From assembly GCF_009914755.1 (NCBI RefSeq), contig NC_060934.1: DNA of 64,000 nt. One strand, 5' to 3'. The first letter of the stretch is position 1; each line of letters starts with the position of its first letter. Shown here in pieces: positions 44,300-58,390 of the stretch. The stretch comes from the human T2T-CHM13v2.0 reference genome, Homo sapiens. The position numbers and the translations under genes are program-made. The notes below the pieces were generated by a model. The model was not told the origin of the DNA and made no database searches. It saw nothing but the letters and a program-made list of their open reading frames with translations.

Positions 44300-45745
44300 C
44301 TGCAAATTTGATTTCTTTTGGGACGAGCTTTGGTAGTTTTTGTGTCTTTCAAGAAATTTGTCAATTTCACCTGCTCTGTTGCATTTACTGGCATAAGGTT
44401 TTTATGTTTTTTAACGTGTAAAATCTAAAATCTGTTGTGGTGTCATCTATTTTAATTCTGATATTGGTTATTTGTATCTGCTCTCTTTTTTTCTCATCAG
44501 CCTGGCTAAAGTTTTATCAATTTTATTCATTTTCTCAAAGAACCAGCTTTTCGGTTCATTGATTTTCTCTTTAGAGTTTCTGTTTTGTATTTCATCGGTT
44601 TCCATTATGATCTTTATTATTTCTTTTCTTCTGCATACTTGGAGTTTGAGCTGCTCTACATCTAAAATTTTCTTAGAGTGGAAGCTGAAGTCATAGATTT
44701 GTAATTGTTTTTATTTTCTAAGATGTAAATTTATTACTATAAATTTACCTTTAAGTATTGCATTAGTTGCATCCCACAAATTTTATTATGCTATATTTTC
44801 AGACATATTAGTGTGGTTTTAGTATGTTAAAAATATTTTCTCATTTCTCTTTTGTTTTATTCTTCAACCCATGGGTTATTTTAAAGTATGTTATTTAGTT
44901 TCAAATATTTGAAGATATACTTGATGTCTTTCTTTTATAGATTTCTAATTTAATTCCATTACTGTCAGATAACATACTTTATATATATTGAATCCCTTTA
45001 AATGTATTAAGACATATTTTATAGCTCAGAATTTGGTTAATTTTGGTAAGTAGTCTGTGTGTACTTGATAAGAATGTATATTTTGCTAATGTTGGGTGGA
45101 GTGTTCTAAAATTGTAAATTGTGCCAGTTTGATTAATAGTAGACTCAATCACATGCTGCCTACAAGAAATCCATTTTAAATATAACTATACAAGTAGGTT
45201 GAAAGTAATAGGATGGTGAAAGATATATTTACACTGATCAAAAGAAAGCTGAATTGACTATATTAACACAAAAATACGTTTCGGATTTCCTGTCTACTTG
45301 TTCCAGCAATTATTGAACAGGAGTGCTGAAATTTCTGACAAAAACTATGGATTTGTCTATTTCTCCATGCAGTTCTATCAGGTTTTGCTTCATATATTTT
45401 GAAGCTCTCTTATTAGGTGCACCAAGCGTTTAGCATTGTTATGTATTCTTGTTGAATTGACCTCTTTTTTGTTATGAAATGACCCTCTTTATCTCTGGTA
45501 ATGCTCTTTGCTCTGGAATCTACTTTGTCTGAAGTTAAGGAAAATTGGGGCCATTATTTCTTCAAATATTTTTTCTATCTCCTCCACTTTCTGTGCTTCC
45601 TCAGGGACTCCCATTATTCACATATTAGGCCATTTGATATTTCCCTACAGTTCACTGATCCTCCATTAATTTTTTTCAGTCTTTCCCTCAGTGTTTTAGT
45701 TTGGATAGTTTTGATAGCTGTGTCTGCAACAGCTTTTCTTCTGTG
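44300..45745 (-). mobile_element. Old L1M ORF2 fragments with an internal inverted piece
   Basis: tcaaagaaccagctttt, gcatcccacaaatttt, aagaatgtatattttgct; plus-strand endonuclease piece at 45141-45283. Confidence 0.8.
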
Positions 45746-46221
45746 ATGTCTGAGCTGCCATTAATGCCATGCAGTTCTCATCACAAGCCAGACAGCATGG
45801 CCCCGTCAACAAAATGGGAAACTGTCAGAGATGAGGAGTCTCAGACAAGTCAGAGCTCGCAGCAACAGGGACGTGGAGGGGCTGAGCCATGGCTGGGCAG
45901 GCTGAGATGATCCATTTACATTGGATCAGTCTGGCAGACTGAGATGTGTCACATGCAGAATGCCGAGAGGTTCAGCAAGCACATAGACTGGTACACAGTG
46001 ACAGTCAGGTTAGGGAGAAGGGACGAAAAGTGAGATCACAGTGAGGCTTGGGACTCTCCCAACCTATGGGACTCCTGTATCGTGCTGGCCAAGTCTTTAG
46101 CAGGTTATTCACTCGAAGTCTATCTCCCTGTCTAGATTGATCCACGAGGGCAGGAACAAAAGTTTGTTCTGCTCATGCCAAGTACTTGGTACAGAGAAGC
46201 TGCTCAGGATATATTTTTATT

Positions 46222-46679
<458 letters not shown>

Positions 46680-47109
46680 TCAGCTCTCCCCTCTAAAAAT
46701 TTCCCTCCACCCTAGTTTTCTGGCAATATTTTTTTTTACAGAGTGAGAAAGGCATGAATATGGGGTAGATATAATTATGCCCATAATGCATAATAGCTAT
46801 CAGACTGATCCAATGTAAATGGGTTATGTTTATAATTGTAGTGAACTGTAATTTTAAGTAAAATGAAATTTGGGGTTATACAACACATTTCAAAATATCT
46901 AATTACCAGAAAGCAATTTTGTATACAAATGCTCTAATCTATTATTCAACACAAACACAATTTTAAAGTATAACTACTAGTCAATCACAATTGCTCTGAC
47001 ATTACCATACAAGTCTCTTGCAAAGACTATTCAAAGCATTTCAACAGTGTTGGAAGCTTCCAGTATTAAGTGGTTAGAAATAGGAAGTCTGGCAAATGAG
47101 GCCATTAAC

Positions 47110-47465
47110 AAGTGTGAAGGCCTCGAAACTATCAAGGTCATCAAAAACATGGGAAGTCTGAGAAATTGCCGCAGCCAAGAGGAGCCTGAGGAGACGTGAG
47201 GACTAAATGTGATATGGGGTCTTTGATGGGGTCCCGGAAGAGAAAAAGGACATTAGGTAACCACTAAAGCAGTCTGAATAAAGTATAGACTCCAGATAAT
47301 AATAATATATCAATATTGATTTATTAACTGGAACGAATGTACCATAAAGTGTGAAATGTTAACAACAGGGGAAACTGGATGTGAGCTATATGGGAATTCT
47401 GTCCAATTCTCCCAATTTTTCTGTAAATCTGAAACTGTTATTTCTTAAAAATCTATTTTAAAAAA
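47110..47465 (+). mobile_element. L1MD-like 3' end
   Basis: tcaaggtcatcaaaaacatgggaagtctgagaaa...gactaaatgtgatatgg...ttttctgtaaatctgaaactg. Confidence 0.8.
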
Positions 47466-48844
47466 GAGATTCACAAAACTACTGGAAGCCTGGAAGCCAT
47501 GTATAGCTGCATCAAAGTGGTTTTAGTTTGCCAGTTTTATTATTTAGTTACCTTTGTTGCTTGAATTGTGTTTTCTTTGGAGTATCACATTCATACAAGT
47601 ATTAGTATGTGCACTGTTATCATTGTGATACGTGTACCTGTGGTATATTTCAACTAAATGAAGCAATATTTACACATATAAGTATATTTGGTTATACTGT
47701 TGTGTACATATATATTTGCATTGAATATTCATGGTTTTGCTGTGTGTAATTTCAGTGCATTTTTACTTAGGATATATGTATACATGAATCTTCTACAATA
47801 TCATGTCCATGGTTAAGTAATATTCCACCTTGTGATGTATTGTAATTCAATGTTTTGGGCTTTCTCAAAGTTTCATATTTTTCCTTATTATAAAGAATGA
47901 TTTGATGAAAGTCACTGTAGATTTATGCTTATTAATGTTTTAGCCATAGAATCAATGTTGCAGGTATGAAAGCCTTTTGTGTTTTTTGATTCACATTCTT
48001 AAATTGCCTATCAAAATTTTCTTATTAATGCCCCAACCAAAAGATTATTGGAATGCTTATTTTTCCAGCGACTTGCTAATATTTGATATTGATAGTAAAT
48101 TGATAATTTTGTGAGCAAGAAAATATATATGTACTAAATCACTCACTTCACTTTGCTTAGTACTTTAGCTGTATGTACACATGTATGTGCATTCCCATTC
48201 TCAAACATGAAACAAAGACACGTGGCTTCAACCCAGAACGTTTAAGTTTATTTTTTGTTAGTTGAGCGCATGGTCTTAAATGTTCTGTTTTACATGCAGA
48301 TGCCTCCCGATTCGGTGTAATGTCATTTTATAGGCGCAGTGGGTCCACGAGAAAACCAGAATGTGCCAGGAAAAAGATGACTTTTGAGCTTTTCTGGCCA
48401 TCTTCAAATCAATCATGTCACATTTATGATGACTTGTTGTCACATCGAAATAAGTTTCACTTGTTTAGAAACAATAAATTATAAAAAGGATAGTGGTTCT
48501 GCTGACGCAATCAAAAGAACAGTGTCATTTTCACACCTTATTTGCATTTTTTAAAATTTAAATCAAATGATTACACCACTGAAGACATCGACACCTCATC
48601 TAAATATTCAAAATCTGCTCACCGGTATCATCTGAGTGGTCTTTGCGATCTATCAGATTGGACAGACAGAGTTTATTTGCCAACGCAGGCTGCTGCTGAA
48701 CCTCATAACTCAGCCCTCACTGAAGGGTGAGGCACCAGCAAAGCCGTCGGGATGCTGCCCTGAGTCTGTGACATGGATCACGGAGGCTGGGCAGAAAGGT
48801 GGAGAATGGGACTCAGAAATATAATATTTCAGCTTAAAGCTTAA

Positions 48845-49040
48845 GGATAGTAGTACCACTACCTAAGCCCTAGTGTGTGTCAGGCCACGCATCAAGGGCT
48901 TTAAATGTGAATTCTGTCATTTCATCTTCCCAAGAGCCCCGGGAGGTTGGCAGGTCTTATTACTGCATCCATCAGACAGATGTGGAAACCAGTGCTCAGG
49001 TGGCTTGAGTATCCTGTCTGAGGCCCCATAGCTCTGGGGT
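48845..49040 (-). mobile_element. MIR
   Basis: cagacagatgtggaaaccagtgctcagg...ggagctgggactc. Confidence 0.65.
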
Positions 49041-49513
49041 GACGGAGCTGGGACTCTTAGTTAGAACAGACTGTTTGCTAGTTGAGGGAAATCCCTAGAC
49101 CCAGAATCCTTAAAATGCTAGGCAGATTTACCAACTTGTCTGTACTCTGTGGTAGAATGAGGTATTCTTTTTTAGTCGCACTTTTTATTGTGAGAACTCT
49201 CAACTTTCAAAAAGTTAAAAAAACACAATGAGCATCCATATGTTCTTCCCCCAACCTTGACATTTGTTAATGTCTTGATTCTTAGTGTGATTTTTACTCC
49301 TAAACTCCTCAACATGCACCTCCTAAGAATGAGGACATTGAATCAAGGGTATTCTGGTTCCAATTTTTTGAGGGAGAAATGGAACCTAAGATAAGCATGC
49401 GGAATCCCACTGCTTTTGGAAAAAATTTCAATCTCTTGACCTGGCACTTCAGGTTCTCCCACGAGCTGGCCCTATCCCTATTTGCTGCACCTACCCAACT
49501 CAGCAGTCCTTAA

Positions 49514-49891
<378 letters not shown>

Positions 49892-51539
49892 TAAATCTGC
49901 TCATTCTCTAAGGCTTACTTGATGCTGCTCCTCTGTTGAGCCTCCCAGATGTCCAACTCCATGGGTGCAGCTAAATCTCTATGATCAATCACTCACAGAA
50001 TGTTCTGCTTTGCTTTAGGAGTGGCTCTGTTCCTGTCTGACTCTCTTATTGGGTAGCACTCTCCTTAAGGTCAGAGGCGGAGCAAGTCATCGTTGAATCC
50101 TCCCCAGCATGAGACATAGAGGCTTGCACATAGCAGGTGCTTAATAAACAATCATTGAATTGTATGGCTCTCCCTGCTGAAAATAAGTGACACATTGTAA
50201 TTACTCCAGAGTTCAGATCCTGAAAATAATTTTTATTACAAGAAAAAAATAATCATTCGAATTAATTCACTGTTACAAAGGCAAAATATCTACAGCACTG
50301 GGAATGGTATCAGTACATCAGACAGTCATAGCACTTAAAGACTGAAGTACTTTCATTTCCCTTAAACACCATCATAATGAAAAGAGTGGGTCATGTTATA
50401 AAGTCATGGAGGCCTTTTAGCATCGCAGGTAGTTCCATTCTCTTTGTTGGGAATTTTAAGCCATGCGAAGAAAAATGAAATGCCACTAAAAAGGATATCA
50501 TGATTGACAAAACGACGGGAAGGGGAAACATTTCTTTCTTCACAAGTGCCTGTAACATGAAAAGAATGCCACAAAAAGAAGGTTGTTAACAGCAGATAGT
50601 TCAACAGTTACGTTATTATACCCAACTGCCAAAGTTGTAGAAAAAAGCCAGCAAATGAAGCAGTTGAGATGAACAGAGCCTATTTAGAAGAGGAAGAAAT
50701 ATATTGTATTTCTGAATGCAACAGCTGCATGTAAGTGTAACAAGATCCTGGCTCAAATTATAGCTTTGGATCCAGCCCCCCCTTTGCAGCATCTAATCTG
50801 CTCTTGTGAGCTCTGGCACAGGCTGTTAGTAGACGCATCAAGGATGTTTTTCCCAGCATGGTGATGGGGCAGCTGTTTGATGAGCAGCTGCATCATGTGG
50901 ATTTTGTGTCAGCGTGCATGGGAACACAGCCTTTTTGGTGGCTAACTGTGGGGGAAGTTAATGTCAGGCTGTACCAGCCTGCTGGTTTTCCCTGGCAAAA
51001 CCCTCTGAGATGACCCCATTCTGTACAGCTGGGAAGCCGTGGCTTTGCTTTTGAAAGATATAAACAATCTGCTCCTTCTTTAACAGGGCTTAGTAAGGAA
51101 GAACCTTCAGTCAATAATACATGCAACCTGAAGAACTAGCACCTCAGTGTTGGAACATGTCCTTGGCATTCGTCCACTGATCCTGGGCAAAAACACCCTG
51201 GGGGAGAACCCCTGGAGCCCTATCTTTCCTCTGAATAGGACATTTACAAGACTTAGCAATGGATGAGGTCCCAGCATACAGACACATTACACTCCCCAAA
51301 GCAAGAATTAAAAACTCATTGAGCACTTAGATCCCGCCTGCTTAATTGTCCTCTTTCCTCTGTTCCTTTTTTTCCTCTTGTAGTGGGTGATGGGAGGACA
51401 TGAGAGAGTCTATTATCAGTATTAAGATGCAGGCAAGTGCTATGGAAATAAAGCCATGTGCTAGATGGTTTTGCTTGACCAGCTTCCCCATCCTGGAGAG
51501 CCCAGCTCCCACCCCCCACCGCCCCCATTTCATTGTAAT

Positions 51540-51975
51540 CTCATCCAATGCTTTTGCTTGAGGCAAAGCTGGACTCACTCCCTTAGTCCCAGGAGTGGGC
51601 ATATAACTCAAACTGGAAAATCCGTGTCCCCTGAGCCACAGTGATTAGTTGGGAGTCAGGTCCCAATGACTAGATCTGGTCAATGCGAGCTTTCCTGGAG
51701 ATGTCTGCTGGGACCACTTGGAAGGGCCATTTCTCTTGCTCTGAAAGGGAATCTGAAAGGGACATGTAGGCTTGTTCAGAGACATCTTGTTACTGGTGTG
51801 AAGGGAGAATTTGAAATGAGCCAAGCAGGGCATAGTCAAGTCAAAGAGGGAAAGGTAAAGGCCCCATGACATTTTATACCCTGAATCCCAAAGCGGATTT
51901 TGCCCTTGAACTTTCCAATTACAGGATCCAATAAATTCTCTTTTAGCTTCTGTGATATTGAAGTGGGCTTCTGTG
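51540..51975 (+). mobile_element. MLT1-family LTR relic
   Basis: ccctgagccacagtgattagtt...gaactttccaattacaggatccaataaattctctttt. Confidence 0.6.
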
Positions 51976-52105
51976 CCTGCCACTGAACTCACCTTGTTTA
52001 AAGATTTGCTTCATGTTTTGTGTCCCCTACTAGGATATGAGCTCCAGGCAATCAGGGACTTTGTCATTATTTTTCTTGTTTTTCTCAATTCCCAGACATT
52101 TCATT

Positions 52106-52248
52106 CTTTTATTTTTTTGAGACAGGGACTTGCTCCATTGCCCACCCTGGAGCTTATCACAGCTCACCCAACTCCTAGGCTTAAGTGATCCTCCTGCCTC
52201 AGCTTCCCGAAGTGCTAGGATTATAGGTGCGAGCCACCATGCCCAGCT
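52106..52248 (-). mobile_element. Old Alu monomer (FLAM/FRAM/AluJ fragment)
   Basis: ttgagacaggg...aagtgatcctcctgcctcagc...gagccaccatgcccagc. Confidence 0.8.
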
Positions 52249-53449
52249 GTTTATTTTTTATTTGCTCCCTTCAACTACAGCCTATATTCCATGAAGCTGG
52301 GACTTTGTTTTTCAAGGCTTATTCCATTAGCTCCATAAAAAGTTGTTGAATGAACATGTTAATCACAAGGTACAACTTTCATTCATTGAAGCAACCATTA
52401 AACTTTTATTAAGCACAGACTCTGCTTTCAAGTAGCCTCCAGTAAGTGAATAAATTGCAAAATGAATGAAGACAGAATTAAGGAAGAGCAGAGGAATGCA
52501 ATCTCTTAGGAGTGGAGGACAAGGGATTTTAGGGGACTCTTGGTGGAGGGCAGGGTTAGTGGTTGGCACTTCAAGCCCGAGGGGCTCAAATGTCTTCAAT
52601 CAATGAGACAACTGCACTTGTAATGTGTGCAAGGAGTGGAGGGGGAAACAGAGAGGTTGGAAAAGAATCCAAGATTACTGGAATAATGGAATGGGATATA
52701 TTTGAAGACAAATTAACATTTTATTGAAATTAATAAATATTTAAACAATATAATCTGAAAGGTCCTTATTTGGAAAACATTGATGAAGAGCTCACCAAAA
52801 TATTATTTTATGCCTTTCTTTATAACATATAATTTTAGCTCTGCAGGGAAAACAGTCAAATTGATGGATGAAGCCATTGGCATAAATATGGCAAAGGCAG
52901 ATACATCCAGACCTAAGACCAACGAAATCTGCCAGGCTCCGGGGGAATTTTGGAACCAAATCTCTCTCTCTAAAAACCCATGAAAAACATAATCTAAAAA
53001 TGATACATGGGAAAATCTCATTAATTTAGATATTTCTATTCTTAATTTGTAGCCATTTGAATTTTATCTGGGTAACGAAAAATTTGCAAAGCAAATTAAA
53101 AATGTAAATAAGATTAGAGAGGGAATGTTTAAGCTACTCAAGAGAACAAAGTGTTTTCATGCATTCATTTACATAAAAAATGGATAGGCAAATTAAAATA
53201 TCTTCTCATTATTAGAGCCACTTATTGCACATATTTATTTATTGCCTGATAAAATAAGTTTAGTTGAAAATAAGTAAATTTGATTTTTCTTGAGATAGTG
53301 ACTCTGGTGTTAATTGGTAAAGTTATTCTCATTATTCAGTATTTAGGATCAATTTTCAAATCCCCCTGATATTTCCTCTTTAATGTTTTTATTATTTTTT
53401 GAACCATTTTGTATCAGGGTGCTTTTGTTTTTGTTTTTAGCTCAGTTTT

Positions 53450-56340
53450 ATTGATCAGTTAATAGACACTTGGATTATTCACAGCTTTTGGCTATTATGA
53501 ACAAAGTAGGTCTGAATATTCAAATAAAAAATTTTGCATGGGCATGTAATTTCATTTCTCTTGGTAAATGAATACTTAACAATGAATGATTGGGTCATAT
53601 GGTAGATGTAGGTTTAACTTGTAAAAAGCTACCAAACTCTTTTCCAAAGTGTGCCATTTTGCATTCCTACCAGCAATGCACAAGAGTTCCATTTACCCCA
53701 CGTCCTCACAAACATTTTGTAATTTCAGGTTTTTAAAATTTTAGTAATTTCTGTAGATATGTAGTCATATTTCATAATAGTTTTAATTTGAAGTTCCATA
53801 ATAACTAACGATGTTGATCATCTTCTTATGTACTAATTTGTGATTCAACTATTTTTTGTGGTGAAGTGTTCAAATCTTTTGTCCATTTTAAAATTTGGAT
53901 TGTCTATCCTCTTATCATTGTGTTGTAAAAATTATTTATATATTCTGATATATATTTTGGAATTTTTTTTCCAATATGTATCTTGCCTTTTCATTTTCTT
54001 AAAAGTATTATTTGAAGAGCAAAGATTTTAAATTTCAATAAATATCATTTTTTAATAGTTTACACTTTCTGTGTTCTATTTAAGAAATTTTTGCCTAACC
54101 AAAGGTCATTAAGAATTCTTTAAAATGTTTTATAATTTAAGGTACATTCACATCTATTTTTTGTTCACTTTTGTTATCTGGTATAAGAGTTTTTTTTTTA
54201 CATATTGCTATCCAGTATTTTAGCACAATATATTGAAAAGATCATCTTTCCCACAGTTGAATTGCCTTGCCAAATGTTATGTGTCCCTTTCTGAACTCTA
54301 TTCTGTTTCACTGATCTATGTGTCTGTCTTCTGACAATACCACACAGTCTAAATTACTATAGCTTTATAATAAGTCTCGATATCAGTTATCATAAGCCCT
54401 CCAACTTTGTTCTTCTTTATAAACATTGTTTTATATATTTTAAGAATTCACGTGTTCATTTCTTTAAAAAAAAAAGCCTGCTTGAATTTTAGTTGGTATT
54501 GCATTGTATCTGCAGATCAATTACAGGACAATTGACATCTTAGCAATATTGAGTCTCTTGGTCCATGAGCATGGTATATCTCTCAATTTATTAGAACTCC
54601 TTTAATTTCTGTCAGCCCTGTGTTATAGTTTTCAGTGCATGAATTCTTTATATATTTTGCTATATATATTCCTGAGCATTTTATACAGTTATACTGTTGT
54701 AAATGATGTTTTATTTTAATTTTAAATTTCTAACTGTTCAATGCTAACATAAAGAAACATAGTTGATTTTGTATATTGACCTGCAATTTGATATCTCATT
54801 AATTCTGATAGTTTTTTGCAGATTTCTTAGGATGTTCTACAAAGAAAATCACATTTCTGTGAAGACAGTTTTATTTTTTCCTCTTCAGCCTGTAAGACAA
54901 TTATTTGCTTGCTCATTTGTTGTTTATTTGTTGCCTTATTGAACTGGCTAATACAAGAGTAAATAGATATGATGAGAGTAGACATCCTTGCTTTATTGCT
55001 GCTCTTAGGGGAAAAAATCAGTTTGAAGTTTGATGTTAGCTATGGGGTTTTCATAGATGTCCTTTATCAGATTGAGAAAGTTTTCTTTTATTTCTGGTTT
55101 AATAATAATTTTTTAAAATCATAAGTTGATGTTAAATTTCGTCAAATTTTTTCTGCATCTATTGAAATTATCATATGGTTTTTCTTTTTAGTCTGTTAAT
55201 GTGAAAATTTCAATAATATTTAAATGTTAGGCTAATTTTGCAATCTTAAGATAAGCTCAACTTGGCCATGATATATTATTCTTTTAATATGTTGGTGGGT
55301 TCTGTTTGACAATATTTTAAGGGTGTGTGTGTGTGTGTGTGTGTGCGTGTATGTGTGTATCTATTTTTATGAGGAACTATGGTTTGTAGTTTTGTTTTCC
55401 TTGGAATATTAGTCTCATTTTGATGTGAGAAGAATGCTAGCCTCATAAAGTTAGTTAGAAAGTCTTTTTACTTATATTATTTTCTGGAACAGTTTGTGGA
55501 GAACTTATATTACTTCTTCCTTAAATGCTTTGTAAAATTCACCAGTGATGTCATCTTGGTCTGGAGATGTATGTGTGTGTGTGTGTGTGTGCATTCTTTT
55601 AAGCACAAATTTGATATCTTTAATAAATATAGGGCTATTCAGATAATCTAATTTTTCTTATGGGAGTTTTAGTGATTTATGTTTCTCAAGGAATTTTTCT
55701 ATTCCATCTAAGTTGTTAAGTTTATTGACTTAAAGTTGTTCATAGTATTCCCATATTATGTTTTTAATGTCTGTAAGATCTGTAGTGATGTTCTGTCTTC
55801 CATTCCTGATATAGGTAATTTATGTCTTCTGGATTTTTTTTCCCCATGCTCACTCTCACTAGAGGATTATCAATTTTATTGATCTTTTTCAACAACTAGC
55901 TTATTGTATCTCTTTTCTTTTTCTATATTATTGATTTCTGCTCTTATCTTTATTGTTTCTTTCCTGCTATTTACTTTGAGTTAATTTCATTTTTTTCTAG
56001 TGTTTTAAGTTGGAATATTAGGTAATTGCTCTGAAGTCTTTTCTCTTTTCTAATATTTTGGGTGGTGTGCCTTATAATTGTCACTTAGATCGAGTTGCTT
56101 GATAGTGTTTTTCAAGTTTTCCATTTTCTACTATTTTTTAATCTACTTATTCTATCAATTATTGAAAGAAAGCCATTGTGTTCTCCAGTTATAAATGTGT
56201 GTTTTCCTATTTCTTCTTTTGGTTCTACTATTTTTATTTCTAGTATTTTCAATCTTTGTTATTAGGCTTATACACATTTAGAATTATTATGTCTCCTTGA
56301 TGAATTAAGTCCTTTAACATAATGAGATGTCACTATTTAA
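53450..56340 (-). mobile_element. Long old L1M (L1ME/MD-type) ORF2-3' fragment containing (TG)n tracts
   Basis: cattcctaccagcaatg, ctccaactttgttcttc, tctgcatctattga; (TG)n at ~55324-55358 and ~55572-55591. Confidence 0.82.
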
Positions 56341-56344
56341 AACA

Positions 56345-57460
56345 AGCCTGAAAAGGGTCAAATTGATTTCATGTAACTTAACTGCATCCCCAAATCAAAT
56401 CCAAAAATAAGAGGAATATAATAAAATTCAGCACCCTACAATGTAAAATTCATAAAGTCTGACATCCAAGCAAAAATTGCTATGCATGCAAACAAGCAAG
56501 AAAATGCAATTCATAACCAGAAAAATAATCAATGAATAGTAAAAGACACTGAAATTACAGAGATGATAGAATTACCAAACATAGATGTTAAGACATCTAT
56601 TATAAACATCCTCCATTCATTCAAGAAGGTAGAGGAAACCGTGCACATAATGAGAAAAATGGAAAACATGTAAAAGCTCAAATCAAACTTAAGAGATAAA
56701 AAACAATTTATAAAATAAAAAGTACACTGAACAAGATTGTCAGCAAATTTGGTACTGAAGAAAACATTAGTAAGTCAACTTGAAGATAAAGTGAGAAACT
56801 TAGCTTCCACATCCATAATCTTATGCTTCATCTATTTAATTGTTCAGTTTTAGTATACACGTATTGTGGTATCACCATACCTCTTGTTTACCTGTGCCTC
56901 CATGGGTAGACACTTTATCAACTGGAGTACAATGATTATGCACAATTGTTTTTGTCTTTTGTCTTACAGAATCCGTTCATGTCCAAAGTTATTTAGGTCA
57001 GCACATTTTCTCTCCAATCTCTTCAATGAGTTTGTGTCACATATTTTAAAAGAGTTAGATTCTCTTGTCATATTCTGCATTATATCCTGGGATCCCTTGA
57101 CTGCCTAAGTTATATTTTTAAAATTCTTTGCATCGCTGCTCACTTGTTGTGCTGTAAAGTTCTATGGATTTTGACAAAAGCACAGTCATGACAAATGCCT
57201 CACAGTATCATACAGAATTGTTTCATTGCCCTAGAAAAATCTCTTTTGCTTCATCCATTTAATCCTTCCCCCCCTACCCACTAAGCCCCTGGCAATCACT
57301 GATCTTTCTATTATTGCTGCAGTTTTGTCTTTTCCAGAATGCCATGTAATTGGCACCATACAGTACATAGCCTTTCCAGACTGACTTCTTTCACTAAGCA
57401 AAATGTATTTAAAGATTTATCCAAGTCTTTTTGTGGCTTGTTAACTCATTTCTTTTTATT
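56345..57460. mobile_element. L1 ORF1-region fragment (+, ~56345-56800) followed by an L1MC 3' fragment (-)
   Basis: cagagatgatagaatta...attagtaagtcaacttgaagata (+); ttctatggattttgacaaa, cccctggcaatcactgatcttt (-). Confidence 0.7.
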
Positions 57461-57579
57461 CATCTGTAGTGTTTTTAAAAGGTATTCATTATTTTCTGGG
57501 GACTGGAACAGAGAAATGTATATTTGTCTGGAAAACAACAAAGAATATCTTCTTTTCTTTAAAAAAAAAAAAAAAAAAC

Positions 57580-58390
57580 CTGTCAGTTCTATCCATCTAA
57601 TTGCCCAGGCAAGAAAACTGAGAGCCATCCCAGCATATTCTTCATCCTTCCTCACAGTCAATTCATCACTTATTCCTGTGGAGACCCCCAACTTATATCC
57701 TGGATGCATTTATTTTCCTCCATTGGTACTCCCAGCATCCCATCCAATTAAACATATCTCAGCTATGCTGCCTTAATAGATTTCTAACCATTCTTTCATC
57801 TTTCCCTCTAATTAGTGCTTCAAGCAGCAGTCAGTGACATAAATTGGTTGACATCATACCCTTGCCTAAGATTCTCCCAAGTCTTTCTAATGGCTTGGAA
57901 TAAAATTCAGAAAATCCAATGTAGTTTTGGGCTGTCTCAAGATGGAGATCCTAGCCACACCTGTAGCTCAGCTGCCGTATCTTTTCCTCTTGATTACTAG
58001 GTCCTGCTGTCCTGATCTTTCAGCTCCTAAAGCAAGCTCCTTCTCACATCAGAGTCCTTCCACATACAATTCCCCTTGTAAGAATACTCTTTCCCTAGCT
58101 GTTTGTATGGCTAACTCCTCATCTTTCAAGTTTCCATTTTCTAGTTACCACCCCAGGGGAGTCTTCCTCATTCAGCAGATCTGAAGATACATTCCTCTAG
58201 TTATCTTTGCTTTTATGCTTATTACAAATTTTAATTATACACATTTTTTGTTTGTCCCTCTCAGGGTCTTGTAAGAGCCATTAAGGCAAGACTATGTGAT
58301 TTTTGTTTACCACAGTACCCCAGAATCTAGAACTGTAGCTGGCACATTGATGTGCTCAATAAACATGTACAGAATGAATGGATGGATGAG
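57580..58390 (+). mobile_element. L2 fragments
   Basis: ccatctaattgcccaggcaagaaaactgagagccatcc...agaatctagaactgtagctggcac...tgctcaataaacatg...gaatgaatggatgg. Confidence 0.7.

Noticed and set aside
51150-51780. Additional p53-like half-sites (GAACATGTCC; GGACATGTAGGCTTGTTC)
   Set aside because: Isolated or wrongly spaced half-sites, expected by chance.
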